From contig JAQGDQ010000813.1 in NCBI GenBank assembly GCA_030141605.1, forward strand, positions 29,019-93,018: 64,000 nucleotides of DNA, in the 5' to 3' direction. Shown in pieces: positions 1 through 12,800 of this stretch; within the stretch, counting starts at the first letter, position 1, and every line of letters starts with the position of its first letter. The notes under the pieces are model-generated. The model was not told where the DNA came from. It did no database searches and worked only from the letters and a program-made list of their open reading frames with translations. The translations under genes were made by a program, and so were the position numbers. Origin of the DNA: Tubiluchus corallicola (taxonomy: Eukaryota; Animalia; Priapulida).

Positions 1-249
1 GTACAAATTTCTTGCTCTTTGTGCTTTTTTATTTTTAATTATGTGCAGTGTAAGTTTCGCGAAACTCGTGTACTGACTTACAAGTGGATAAGAACACTAA
101 AGACTGTATTGCTGTTTAATTTATAGAGCATTTTCCTAGAACTTTGTCGTCTGACTGAACTTTATCATTTTGTATCAGTTAAAAAACGTGCTTATTTGTA
201 ACTTTCTTATGTTGCTACATCTTTGTAGTGCCTTAGTGCAGGCTTATGT

Positions 250-600
250 CAGAGCTGGATTATGACCTTTTGGAGCCCCCAGATTAATGAAATTATGGGG
301 GGCCCTCAGACGGAGCCACCCTCTAACTCGTCCACACCAGTCTTGAATATTTTTTACTCCTGGTATATCTTAGCGACATTTACATAGCTTGACGTATCAC
401 GAATTATTTAAATAAATTTGTATAGCCATCTTTTGTTTGTCAATAGAAGAAATACCACTTTTCTACTATTTATTGCAAACAAAATTAGCACACCTTTCAA
501 CACAACTGTAGTGAAAAAACAAATTTTTTTGCTAAATGTTACCAAAGCTTGAGGGCCCTAGAGTGCAGCTTATAATAGCCTCTAAGGTTACCCTGCCCTG
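250..600. mobile_element. hAT-like MITE, family 1
   Basis: Ends cagagctggattat ... gttaccctgccctg; 8-bp flanks gcttatgt/gtttatat; both ends homologous to 11743-12169. Confidence 0.65.
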
Positions 601-645
601 GTTTATATCCCAAATAGTTACTCTAACATAGTGACTATTTTGAAG

Positions 646-816
646 AGGTATGTCATCAGCCAGTGGATGGTGGAACATGTGGGAACTGGACATTGCGTTG
701 GTATTTTTCGTCCGAGGATGGTGATCGCTGTACACCGTTTTACTACGGCGGTTGTGACGGAAATGATAATAACTTTGCCTCCAGGGAAAAGTGCGAAAGT
801 TTCTGTGCTGAAGCTA
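646..816 (+). CDS. Ppn: Papilin Kunitz exon K1 (EVCHQPVDGGTCGNWTLRW...CESFCAEA)
   Basis: Six-Cys Kunitz pattern with FYYGGCDGNDNNF; tttgaAG acceptor, A|gtacgt donor; 171 nt. Confidence 0.88.
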
Positions 817-3800
817 GTACGTTGAGCATCTATTTGCTGTCTTTTTCTGTCTGTAGATGAGAAGCTTTTCGTGTCTTGTTTGCTGTGATGATGTGACTAT
901 TCCTTTCTTGTAGAAATGCAGATTACTGTAGAATAAGATTGATTTACGATTAATATAGATTTTGCTTCAAGTTTCACTTGCTTAGTTCTTTTTGGGGTTT
1001 ATTTATGTATTTTTAACGGAGACTTTAGTCACTCTCTTAGTTCACTTTGGGGCTTATTTATGCCTTTTTAAAGGAGACTATAAGCATTGCTCAGCTAACA
1101 ATTTTCTATTTTATTTTATTGAATGACTTTGACAAAAAAAAATTGTTTATTGGTGTTCCGATTTTCCCAATAAGCGTGTTTCCTATACATTGTGTAGCTT
1201 TGTAGTTCCGTAGTTCCAATAACGTGGCGAGCTATTCATATGCACATGCACTAAAGATTGCAAAGTAATATGGCATTAGTTTTTTAAATTCTTTATAATA
1301 AGAGTAATATCTGTTTCGTAAAAACCTTTCATACAACCCACTGTATAATACATTACATTGACGTTTTATTAAAAAATTCTGAGTTTCTAATGCGCATTAA
1401 CAGTTATCGTCAAGCAGTATATATTCAGAATTATTTCAAATTCTGAACAAAAACAAAAACATTATGATAAAATTATGAGTATGTATGGAAACCATAATCG
1501 TAGAAGACAAAACAGATGGATTACAATTTTGTTTTTCCTCTATGATTATTGGTTTCACAGACACTTGTAGTTTTACCATAATGTTTTTGTTTTTGTTCCG
1601 AATTTTAAATAATTTTGAATATATTTCCCAATGAAATATGTGATTAATTTATATTGACACCTATTTATATTGATACGTGATTTGGGACCGCAGTTAATAG
1701 TTTTAGGATGCTACATATGGCAATTTTTGGTTTCTTGTTGATTTGCAAACAACTTTACACGTTGTTTTTTGTTTTTCCACAAGAAAATGATGCATTACAT
1801 AATAGTGTTAAATTCTAGTTGTGCCGCCAGTCGTGGAAACGAAGCCTCCAGTTAAAGAAACTACCAAAATGCCAGAAGTGACGACTGTGAAAGAACTCTC
1901 ACCTGCTGGTATTTCAATTTTTTTCGTACGCTTTCTTGTCTGGAAGATTACAATAGTTTTTTCTAATGTGGTGACAAAAATATTAAGGTTACATTTTGAT
2001 AATAATTGTGATTTTGATATGAAGACAGGTATTAGGATTAAGATTGGATAATATATTTTTTAGATGTGAGCCTTTCAATGTCAAATTTAAAGTAAAAACA
2101 AGTCTTTTAATTAAAAGAGTTAATCGTAACTTAAAAATTGATACTAATTTTATTAAACTTTATGGTTCTTTCTAATGAAATCGGGCCTTGAAGTCATATT
2201 TGTTCGGTTTTGCTCGTGAAACTTCGGCAAATCACAGACTAAACTGGCAACGGCTTCCTTGGATACCGTATCATTTCTGTGACACATATTGAAATTGTAA
2301 GCAATGTTACTCAGTGAAATGTGACACGTGATAACCAAATGCAAACCCTGCTGTAACTAAGGCGTGTGTTTCGCTGGCGTCATCAAACAAGCAAAACGCG
2401 CGAATCTAGTAGGAGATTTTATTTGGAAATCACTCTTTCATCTTGATTTCCCGCTTATATAAATCACCGAGAAAAGTTTCTGAAAGTCCTTGCTGGAGCA
2501 TTTTTTTCTGTTTTTGAGTAAAACTGAAAATTCATAAAGTTCGCTGTACTTGACCTTTAATCAGTTTCGAATTCTTCTTCTACTACTGAATTGACAAACT
2601 GGACAGGTGTCTGTTGTGGTTGGTTTTATAAAATCTTTATAATGTGGTAAGGAGAAAGGAAAGGATCATTCTTTCTGTTGAAAAATGTAGCTAGATCATG
2701 TTTTAAATGAAGATTTTTTGGCTTGATAAAACCATTCAGAAATTTACGACATCCTGTTTTCTGACACTGTATGTATTTAATTGTTTCAAAGAAATATGTC
2801 AGCTTCCGAAAGAGGAAGGACCTTGCACTGATTACGTTTTGAGGTGGTTCTTTTCTGCTGAGGATGGTAATCGTTGCAGCCCGTTTTATTACGGTGGATG
2901 CGAAGGGAACAAGAACAATTTTGAGTCGTCTGAAGAGTGTAATGATTTCTGCAAAGAAGGTAGAAGTTTTTCAGTAAACTGCAATGGCTTCTTGCTCCTG
3001 GCTTATATGGTGATCTCAGAAAGACTTCTGGTGCTTAAGTTAATGACTGCCATGTCTTATCTTTGCTTACTTTGCTTATGCTAACCATTTTTACTGTGAA
3101 ATCTGCCTTAATGTCAACTGCTTAGTTGTGGCTACATGAAACTGCATAGAATAGAACGGCTTTCATCTTACTGCACACTAGAATGACTAGATTGCTGTTT
3201 CATTTCGAATTTATGCAGATGCAACGTGCTTAGGTGCTGTTTTGCTGTGGTGGCTTTAGTCATAAATGCTAACACGTTAAAAACTAGAGAACGTTCGGTA
3301 ATGCAGTATTCTAATGCTGCACTTATTCACTGCTCATTGAAAAAGAAATGACTGACTCCATTCATGGAGTACAACCTGGGCTGTGTTCTGATGTGGATTG
3401 CATTGATATTGATCTGACACTTTTTCAAATTTTATTTACTGTCAACTTTGCACTTTATTTTTTAATTAAATGTAAAAATTGATATTTGTTTAGACTTTTA
3501 TTTTTTATATTTAATTACTGAAGTTGTTTTGGCAGGAAAATAATGACACTGATTTGTGAATCTTCTGTTTTTGTGATTATTCATCGTTGCTCTCAAATTT
3601 TGCTTAATATGTTTTCTTCGTCTAAACTAAAGCTTGGCAGAATTGTGAATGTGCTTCAGCTAAGCTTGGTTAGGAAAATAATTGAGTTTGTGTTAATGTT
3701 ATTTACGTGGGTTTGTGAAGTTTGCATATTATTTTATGGTAACTTGGCATTTATTACATCAGCAATGCCTTATATTCCTTGAATTTGTAGTTGAAGTGCC

Positions 3801-6800
3801 CGCTGAAGTATCGACTGCAACATCGTCAACCGTCACTCCAGAACGAGAATTAACTCCCTATGGTATTTACATTTTTCTTAGAACTGAGAATCAAGTACTG
3901 TTAGAAAATAAAGTTCCTGTTTCACAAGTGATAATGTAGTGGAGATTTAGGAAGCAGCCTTTAGAAGCCACGTGAATTTTTTTAATGATCAAACGTGTTC
4001 GTTTTATCTACAATTTTATGACGTAAATGTTATGACTGTGTGAAGAGACCGACAACCGTGTCTAGAATTAGTACAACAAACATTATAAAATACAATTACA
4101 CGGTTATAGTTAAGAAAGCAGTTGGTAATTTGACTTACATATTCTTAGTTGTTTATCACTTATCATTTGAAAACCTAATTTGTGAAGACTGTAAGGTTTC
4201 GTACTATTTTGTACCATTACAATTTATATGAGTATTTTGTATTAAAGGAAGCGGAAACGGTGACATTATTCATTTCTATAATCTCAGCAAGATAAGATTT
4301 AACACAAAAGACTTTGGTCTCAATGTAGCAAAGTTCGGCCAGCGAAACCAGAAATTTTTCAGCCTAACCAACATTTTGTGAACTGTAACAGACTAACAGT
4401 AGCTTCTATGGCAGTTTATTAATTTTAATTGTTTCAAAGAAATATGTCGGCTTCCGAAAGTGGAAGGACCTTGCACTGATTACGTGTTGAGGTGGCACTT
4501 TTCCTCCGAAGACGGTAATCGTTGTAGTCCATTCTATTACGGCGGATGTGAGGGAAATAAGAACAACTTCGAATCATCAGAAGAATGTTCTAATTTCTGC
4601 AAAGAAGGTAGAACTTTTGGATTCATGAGTGGCAATATATTGTAACGGTAGAATGATTTTGGATGCTTGCATAGATTTACTATTGCTGAGTACTTTAGGC
4701 TTAGTTGTTTACATTGATTGTCTTCTGTGTTTCTACCCTCTCCTAAAGGAGTGGAGGTTTCTACTTATTTTTAAAACAATTGCTGGTCTATCGCTTTGTT
4801 AGCTTGTATAAATGCGCCTTACTGCAATTTCTTGCTGTTGTTTTTGTCTGCTGTGGCATAGATGCTAAAGCTAGTGCTTAAAAATTGCAGTTTTTTAGTT
4901 ATTTATAACTTTTTTCAGGGAAAAAATGAAGATTTTTATACCTAGCGTCTGGTTGCTGCTGAAGAATTAACATTTAAAAATTAAAATTAAAAATGCTTAC
5001 AAAGGTTAATAACATTTAACGTTAACCATATAAAGAAGTAAACTTCCTTGCTTCTCGTACTTCCATTTTGTGATTCGGATGTCAATTTTTATGTGCATGT
5101 TTCATTATGTACATTTGCAAAAATTGCATAACTGCAGTGTTGCTGTCTTTTGTTTAATTTACTGCTTTTCCTGGTATCTGTGGATTACGAAAGCGAAGAG
5201 CATTTAATATGCGAAGTATTGCAAAGTTAATAACGCATATTAATTCTTAATGACAAGAACAGTGACAATGAGTAACAATTACAAAACAAGAAAAAATAAA
5301 AAACGCAATGTTTCAGAGTACCACTGTAGCTCTTAAGTGAACAATAGAAAAAAGTCAAAAAAGAGAAAAAATAACAAAGAATTGCCAGTACAGTAAACTA
5401 ACTTTTTGGGAAATTTTTTGTTTGTATTATTAACTCATAAAATGGTGTCACACAATCACGTAATCGCGTAAAAAAACACAGAAGCACAGCAGGTAAAAAC
5501 ACAATGGAGAAACAAGAGTGTAAAGTGAGGGGGAGAGGAAAGGTGAAAGTTCATTTGACTTTGAATTTCAAGCTGATTGTTGTCTTACCACTGTATGTCT
5601 GCTCAATGGTTGGCAGGTTCCCCTGTTTCCCTCCTTTTTTGAGAGTTAATAGCATTTTTCAAGTAAAATGCTTCCTATTCAGTTGGAAAACATAGCCGTG
5701 TAGCAAATTTTACTTTCTTTTGTGCACTTCACAAACTTTGTGTCTCACCAGTTTTTTATTTACTGTGTTATGTTGATACAACTCACTTAAATTTTTAGCT
5801 GAGGTTCCTGCCGAGTTGTCGACTGCATCAACTGTCACTCCAGAACGAGAAAAACCATCACCTTATGGTATTTTCACTCCTCTTTTTAAATGAATTTGAA
5901 ATTTTTCTTGAAATAAAAGTTATGTGTCAGAATTAGTGATTTATCAGTAAGTTATAAAAAACTTAATAGCACAAGGTAGTTTGTTTGATGTTACTCATTT
6001 ACGGCGTTACGATACTGCTACAGGAATTGTTACAGTAATTTTGGCCAAGTTTCCTGGCTTTGTAAATGTAAGTGCCTTAAATATTGAAAATACCTTCTTG
6101 TCATTCAGTTACAATCTCTCATGTGGCATGCGTTCAACTGAAGTTGAAGTTAAACAAAAATGTGCTAGTGTTTTGCTGAATATTTTAGATGCAAATTGGT
6201 ATAACCTTGTTACTTTTATTCAGGTCTAAAATGCAATATTAGTAGTTTAAAATCTTACCAATGGAAATGAAAAATTAAGTGTTTTAAGATTTACAAGAAA
6301 TTTCACCTGCATATATAATTGTTCCCACATTTTGAGTGTCACCACCATGACCACACCTTTTAAAGTGTAGTTTTTACTGATTTATAAAGATGTGTGTCGC
6401 CTACCAAGCGAAGAGGGACCATGCATCGATTACGTTGTTAGGTACTACTACTCCATCAACGAAGGTCACGACTGCCTTCCGTTTTATTACGGTGGTTGCG
6501 AAGGCAATGCCAACAATTTTGAAACTCGCGAAGAATGTTTCGAGTTCTGTGAGAAAGGTAGCTAACTTGGTTTGATGCGATGTCATTTGTTGGCTTTTCC
6601 AAATTTGCTTCTAGTTGTTGGTTTAGTTGAGAATAGTTGTAGATTAGTCGAGATCCCTTGTGCAGTTAAATGCATTAGTCTTTTATTTTTACCACACTTT
6701 ATTCTTAAACGAGGTGCTTATGTAGTTTGGTAATTATTTCGTAACATTTAAGTGTTGCAGTTTATTCAATGAAAGTATTTAGAATTTTGTTTTATATGTC

Positions 6801-9800
6801 TGGTATGAGATCGAAGTGATGCTGTAAGGAAAGTACGCTTGACAAACCAAACGTAGTTTACCTCTTTCGAGAAAGCTTAACCTATGGCCTGATAAGTTTT
6901 TTGTTTCTGATAAATATTTTGTCACTATTTTTGCACATTTCACGATTTTTGAGTTTAAGCTTAGTGGGTCTGCAAACTTGGCTTTTGTCGACGAAGTAAA
7001 TATGAAAAGGGGTATTTTGTCTACTGAAATATAGCTTCCGACTTTGTACTTTCAGTTGTTGAGCCTGAACCTCAGCCTACAGTTGAGCCAGAGGTTGAGC
7101 TGACCGACTATGGTATATGTTCATCATAATCTTTACACTAAAGTTATATTCTTTAATGGTTTTAGTATTACTTGTTTAGTTGTTTAGTATTGTTTTATTC
7201 ATAATGAACTTATTATGACAGTCTTTTGCCATAATATTTGCGTCAAACGAGTTTTAAACTAGGTCTCTGGTGTTAGTAGAAAACTGGATTAAACTATTGT
7301 TATTAAATTATTGTTGTGTTACACCAATTGATAGAGAAAAAATATCTAAACGCTGTTACATTTGACATCTCAATGTTTTAAAACATTAATTTTTAAGAAA
7401 TTTGCATGCTGCCAAAGGAGGAAGGCCCATGTGTAAATTACGTGCTGAGATATTTCTATTCTGTACAAGATGACCGTTGCGTGTCATTTTACTATGGTGG
7501 TTGTGATGGCAACAAAAACAATTTCGAAACTGTAGACGAGTGTTCACAGTTCTGTACTGCAGGTATGAGGTTACTGCTTGGCTGATGTAGATGCTTACTA
7601 AATGATGCTGGAGTTGCTGATGCTTTCGGCTGCTTGTGCTTTTATGCTTCTAGCCATAATTCTTGCTAAATCATGCTGGAGTAGCATATATTAAGAATCT
7701 TGCTAGAGCATAGATTCTTAATATGATGTAAACACCTACATGAAGTAAATTTTACTTACTTACTAAAGCATACTGAAGTTGCCTCTCGCTATGCATATAT
7801 TAAGAGACTTGCTAGATTGTGCTAGCCTAGAGATGCTGATGTTTATAGATGCGCATATATTAAAAGTTTTGCTGGATAATGCTGGAGTTGCTGTTGCTTT
7901 TAGCTATGTGTAGATTTTGAATCTTCCTTGGTCATGCTGGCATTGCTATTCCTGTTTGCCATGTGAAAATATAGATGTCTGCTAGATTATATTGGGGGTG
8001 CGATTGTTTGTGGTTCTTCATATGGGAGGTAGAGTTCTTATAGGTCATGCTGGTGTTACTGTTGTTTTTGGTCACATGCAAATGAAGATTTTTACAAGAT
8101 TGTGCTGGAGCTATTATTGCTTCTAACCATGTATAGATGGAAATTCTTGAAAGTACCATGCCTTTTACTTTTCTTACTGAATCAATAAACTAAAATGTTT
8201 GTTTTTTAAGACAATAAATTATTCTTTGTGGGGTAGTTTTTTATGTCAACTGATCTGTTTGACAATCAACATTGCCCACTTACAAAAGGAGACTGCTGTG
8301 TTTTTTGCATCGGTATCAATTCAAAGTACTTGATGCAACTATCCATTGTTCTTTGCTTACGCTAACTGCAGCTGGTTTTTGCATGGCATAAGTAGTGCAA
8401 ATTTACGAAACTTAGTTAAAACAAACTGGAACATTAATTGATCAGGGTAATGTTAAACTGTTATTTTCCATGTAGAATGATGCATTTTCACATTTTACAA
8501 TGCGCAACAGTTCAGGTGCCAGTGCAGTTTTCAGTTCTATGCTTGATCTTATAGCATCAAACTCTGTACAAATTTGTTCAGTCATTACATAATGTCATTA
8601 CAAAAACTGACTGTGTATTTTGTTTAGCGATATTTATATGCACACCATATGTCTGTTGAAAACAACAGTGGTCTAAGAATACCACCTTTCTGAACTCCAG
8701 ATTTAAATAATCACCATGTGTGTGTGTGCAATGCCAAATACTTTTTGTATCTTCCTTAGCTCTGGCAACCGAGGCAACTGAAGAAACAACAGAGGGTACA
8801 GAAGAACCAGAAGTAACTGGTATATTTCATTTCAATTTATCCTTTGAATTTTTTTATTTTTATTTATTTTTTGCTGCCCTTATTAAATTTTGAATATGTA
8901 GACTAGTTTGCCATTAACTTTATCAATTTGCAATCATTTAAGACATCTGCAGTCTACCGAAAGCTGAAGGATCTTGCGAAGATTATGCTTTGAGATGGTA
9001 TTATTCCCCCGAAGATGGCGGCCTCTGCGTTACGTTTTATTACAGCGGTTGCGACGGAAACGATAACAACTTTGTGTCTCTTGAGGAATGTCAAGCGTAT
9101 TGTGGAAGAGGTAGTTTTTGAGGGAATTGCGGCTTTAATTGGCAGCGCGGTCTTTCATGGTTTTGATAAGCTTTCGGCTTTGCTTTTAAAGCACATGATA
9201 TCTGTGGGTGAATTTGAATTTAAAAGCTGAGCGTGAGCATTTCTAATTATAATTTTCACTTGATTTCAATTCTGAAGTGCTGTTTTTCTTGCTTTTAATT
9301 TTCCTGCTGCTTATAAAATGTTTGTTTTTGCTTAAATATGGCCCATGTTTTGCGTGTTTTTGCTTATTTAGTTAGTTAACATCTCGTTGTTCACATTGTT
9401 TTGCAAATTTTTGTCAATGAAGAATGTAAGGTATCCATGACTGTGCTCACCTGATTAAGAAATTTAAGATCAGCATATTATAATTTTCGAGTGCGTCGGA
9501 TTTTATGGCTTATAAAAAATAAGATTAGTTAGTTGCTTTTGTTGTGGCTGTTGGTGTTGCTGCTGTGTTTAAGTACTGAGCTTTCTGATGCTGTTTTTTT
9601 AATAAAAACTTCTTCAAAATGTATTGGTACTAAAGAAAGACTGCTTTATTTGTGAATATCACTTGAGTTTCAGACAGTCAAAATGGCAGAACAATTGTGG
9701 TTTAATTTAGATGTTTTTGAACCTTCTGTCTTCCACAGCTTAAACATTTGGGTAACTTTTACTTGAAATTAGGTGATAAAAAGTAATTTATCATTTTAGT

Positions 9801-12800
9801 TTGCAAATTATCCAGGTTTTGACATTGAAAAATTGAACGTTTCTGTCTGTCCTTGTTTTCCTTTAAAGTCTGATGTAGTCCTTGTCTTCCATTAAAGTCT
9901 TTCATTTTTTATTCATGTACACAGTTTTCATTTGCTTGATACATTCTATCTGATTCTTCTGTAGATTTTATTTTCGGTGTGGAAACCACTTTAGCAACAA
10001 CAGAAGTTGAGATGTCTGCAGAAGGTAGTTATTTTGGCTCATTTTCCGTTAGAACTACTTACAAGTTTCTTGTTAGTTTGGCGTAAATGTCGGTTGGATG
10101 ACAAAGTGCTTTTCTGAAGTGCTGAATAGATAATGTTGTATGATTGTAGCAGGACCAGAACTCGTAGCTCATTGTCTAGATTAATCTTTCAAGATGAGAC
10201 ACTAAAGCGGCAGAATATCTTTGCCACAGTCGTGTTTTTGAATTCCTCAGGGAATGAGAGAAAACGCCAGAGATATGGCAGATTTAACTGCCCAGAAATG
10301 GTTACCTGGCAGTCTTCCACTCAGGAACTAACTAAGCACAGCACTGCTTACCCTTGGTTGAAACTGCACACTTTCTATTTCCGTTTAACACACGTTTCCA
10401 TGGCTACAGTGCACCTCAATTTAAGATCTGTGTCGTTTGCTTTTCAAATAGAAATGTAATCAAAGAGACTAAATTGACATACAAAAAAATGAAGATGTGT
10501 GAAACATATGGCGAAAATGTTTTCGGAACAGTTTTGTAGTGAAACATGTGCTCATGTGAACTGAAGTCTAGAAGGGAAGTCAAGTTGGGGAGCATTTGCA
10601 TTTTGCTTCCTGCAAATGTTTTGCGGGATAAGAAGATTTTACTAAAGTTGTTGAAATCTTCATTTTCCTGTTAAAGAGATCTGCATGTTGCCGATGCTGC
10701 AAGGTCCATGCACTGACTATGAAATGCGTTTTTACTTCTCCCCCGAACAAGAGGATTGTAATGCATTTTATTACGGAGGCTGCAAAGGAAACGGCAACAG
10801 TTTTGCGACTTACGATGAATGTATTCACTTTTGTAGCAAAGGTATATGGATCTGAATATATGTGTGTATTCATATTTGCTGGTAGAAGTGCTACTGGGCT
10901 AGTTGATTAGTTTTTAGGCACTTGCTTGCATAAAAATGTACAGTCCTGATGACTGTATGAATTGCACTTCCAGATGTGGCTGTGTGGCTTTCTCCGGCTT
11001 TTACTTCTTTTTAGTCATGAATCTCTCACGACTGCTTGATTTTATAACTCGGACCTTTTGACAAGTTGGGTAGTAGAATGCGTTTTGACATATTTGTAGA
11101 CAGTTTTCTTGATGTCACTTTTTTCTGAACGGCGAAATGGTTTAGAGCTAACGAAGGATGTAGTCATATTTTTCCTTGACTATTTCTATGAATTTTTTAC
11201 TAACTGGTGCAACAGTTTGGTAGCTTTCATGAATTGTCACATCGCATCTGCTTGGTTGCTGTCATTAATGTTACTTTCTTGCCATCTTTGGGTTACTCTC
11301 TCATTTTTAGCTGGTATTTGCTTAGCCGCTCAACTGTTTAACTCAAGACAAAGTGGTGGTTTATTTGCGTTGCACTAAAATTATGCTAAGCGCGTGTTGA
11401 TCGCATTCTTTCGTAGTTTATCGATCCAGTTCAGCTGTATCGTGCCAAGTTTGCAGGACTCTTGTTCCAACTATTAACAATTTATTTGTTACTGTTTGCA
11501 GCCAAAACAACTGGTGTGACCATAGTAGAAGAGACCACCATATCAGAAGAGCTTGATGCATATGGTACAGATTTTTTATTTTTGCTAAAATAGTAAACAC
11601 TTTGGACAATTTGTTGTTAAATGAAGGATGATTTTAAAGAACTTTTTAACTGTCAAATGCTTTAGCTCACGGACCATTTAATAGTTTTATTCCAAAAAAT
11701 TTGAATGTCGCAGTTGGATTTGGTAGGTGATGTGGCTGTACGGAGCACTGGTTTATGACCTTTTGTGACCCTTAGGCTAATGAAATTATGGGGTCCCGTC
11801 AGATGGAGCCGCCCTCTAATTTGCTCAAACTTGTCTTGAGTATTTTTTACTTGTGATATATTTTAGCAACATTTGCATAGCTGGAGGCACCGTATTTCAA
11901 ATAAAGTACTTCAAAGAGGGGCCTTTATCTCAACTAAAGGGCCTTGAACAAGGGCCCTTTGTCTTCAATAAAAGGCCTCAAACACGGATGCTTTATCTCG
12001 GATGAGGAGCCACTTTAAGATTGGATTTTCGGACTTCTTGGCCTCCATTTTTAAAATGAAATTTTATTTTAAGTTGTATGAATTATTCAGCAATGCAAAG
12101 TATGGATCTCTCAAGCTTCAGGGACCCTAGGTTGTAGCCTATACTAGCCTTTAGGGTAATGCAACCCTGGCTATACGGTAGGCTCTAAAACAAATTGTAT
12201 TAGAATGCCATCAGTTAGCTAGAGGTCTCCACACTTGTTTAGCTTAATGCATGATGATAATTACTCATTTTTGAAGCCATATGTCGTCTGCCGAGCGTGG
12301 AGGGTCCCTGCAGTGATTATGTCATACGATATTTCTTCTCTGAAGATGATAACGGTGGTCGCTGCTCGCCATTTTACTATGGTGGCTGCGAAGGAAATCA
12401 GAATAACTTTGAAACTTACGAGGAGTGCTATGATTTCTGCAAAAAAGGTATTTCTTTTCACAGTATTTTTCTGGTTATTGTAAGTTATTCTACTTTATTC
12501 AACCAATCAGTGAAGTTCATTTATTGATTAGCCTTTTCTGGAAATACTGGTAAGGCTGTTGCTAGATTTTACATTAAATGGAAAAAAGCATGTGAGATAT
12601 GAGATACAACCATAGTTTTGGTTACCATACCAAGGTAAGGTTGCTTTATTGTATGAATGTTACTGCAGAGCATTTTATAGACTATTTGGTTATGTTATTA
12701 TTATCACTCCTATTTTGCTAATCATTAGTCATTCTTTATTATAATTTAGTGTTGGTTCAAAATATGCATGATTTTTGTATGATTAATGGAGCGTAGTAGA

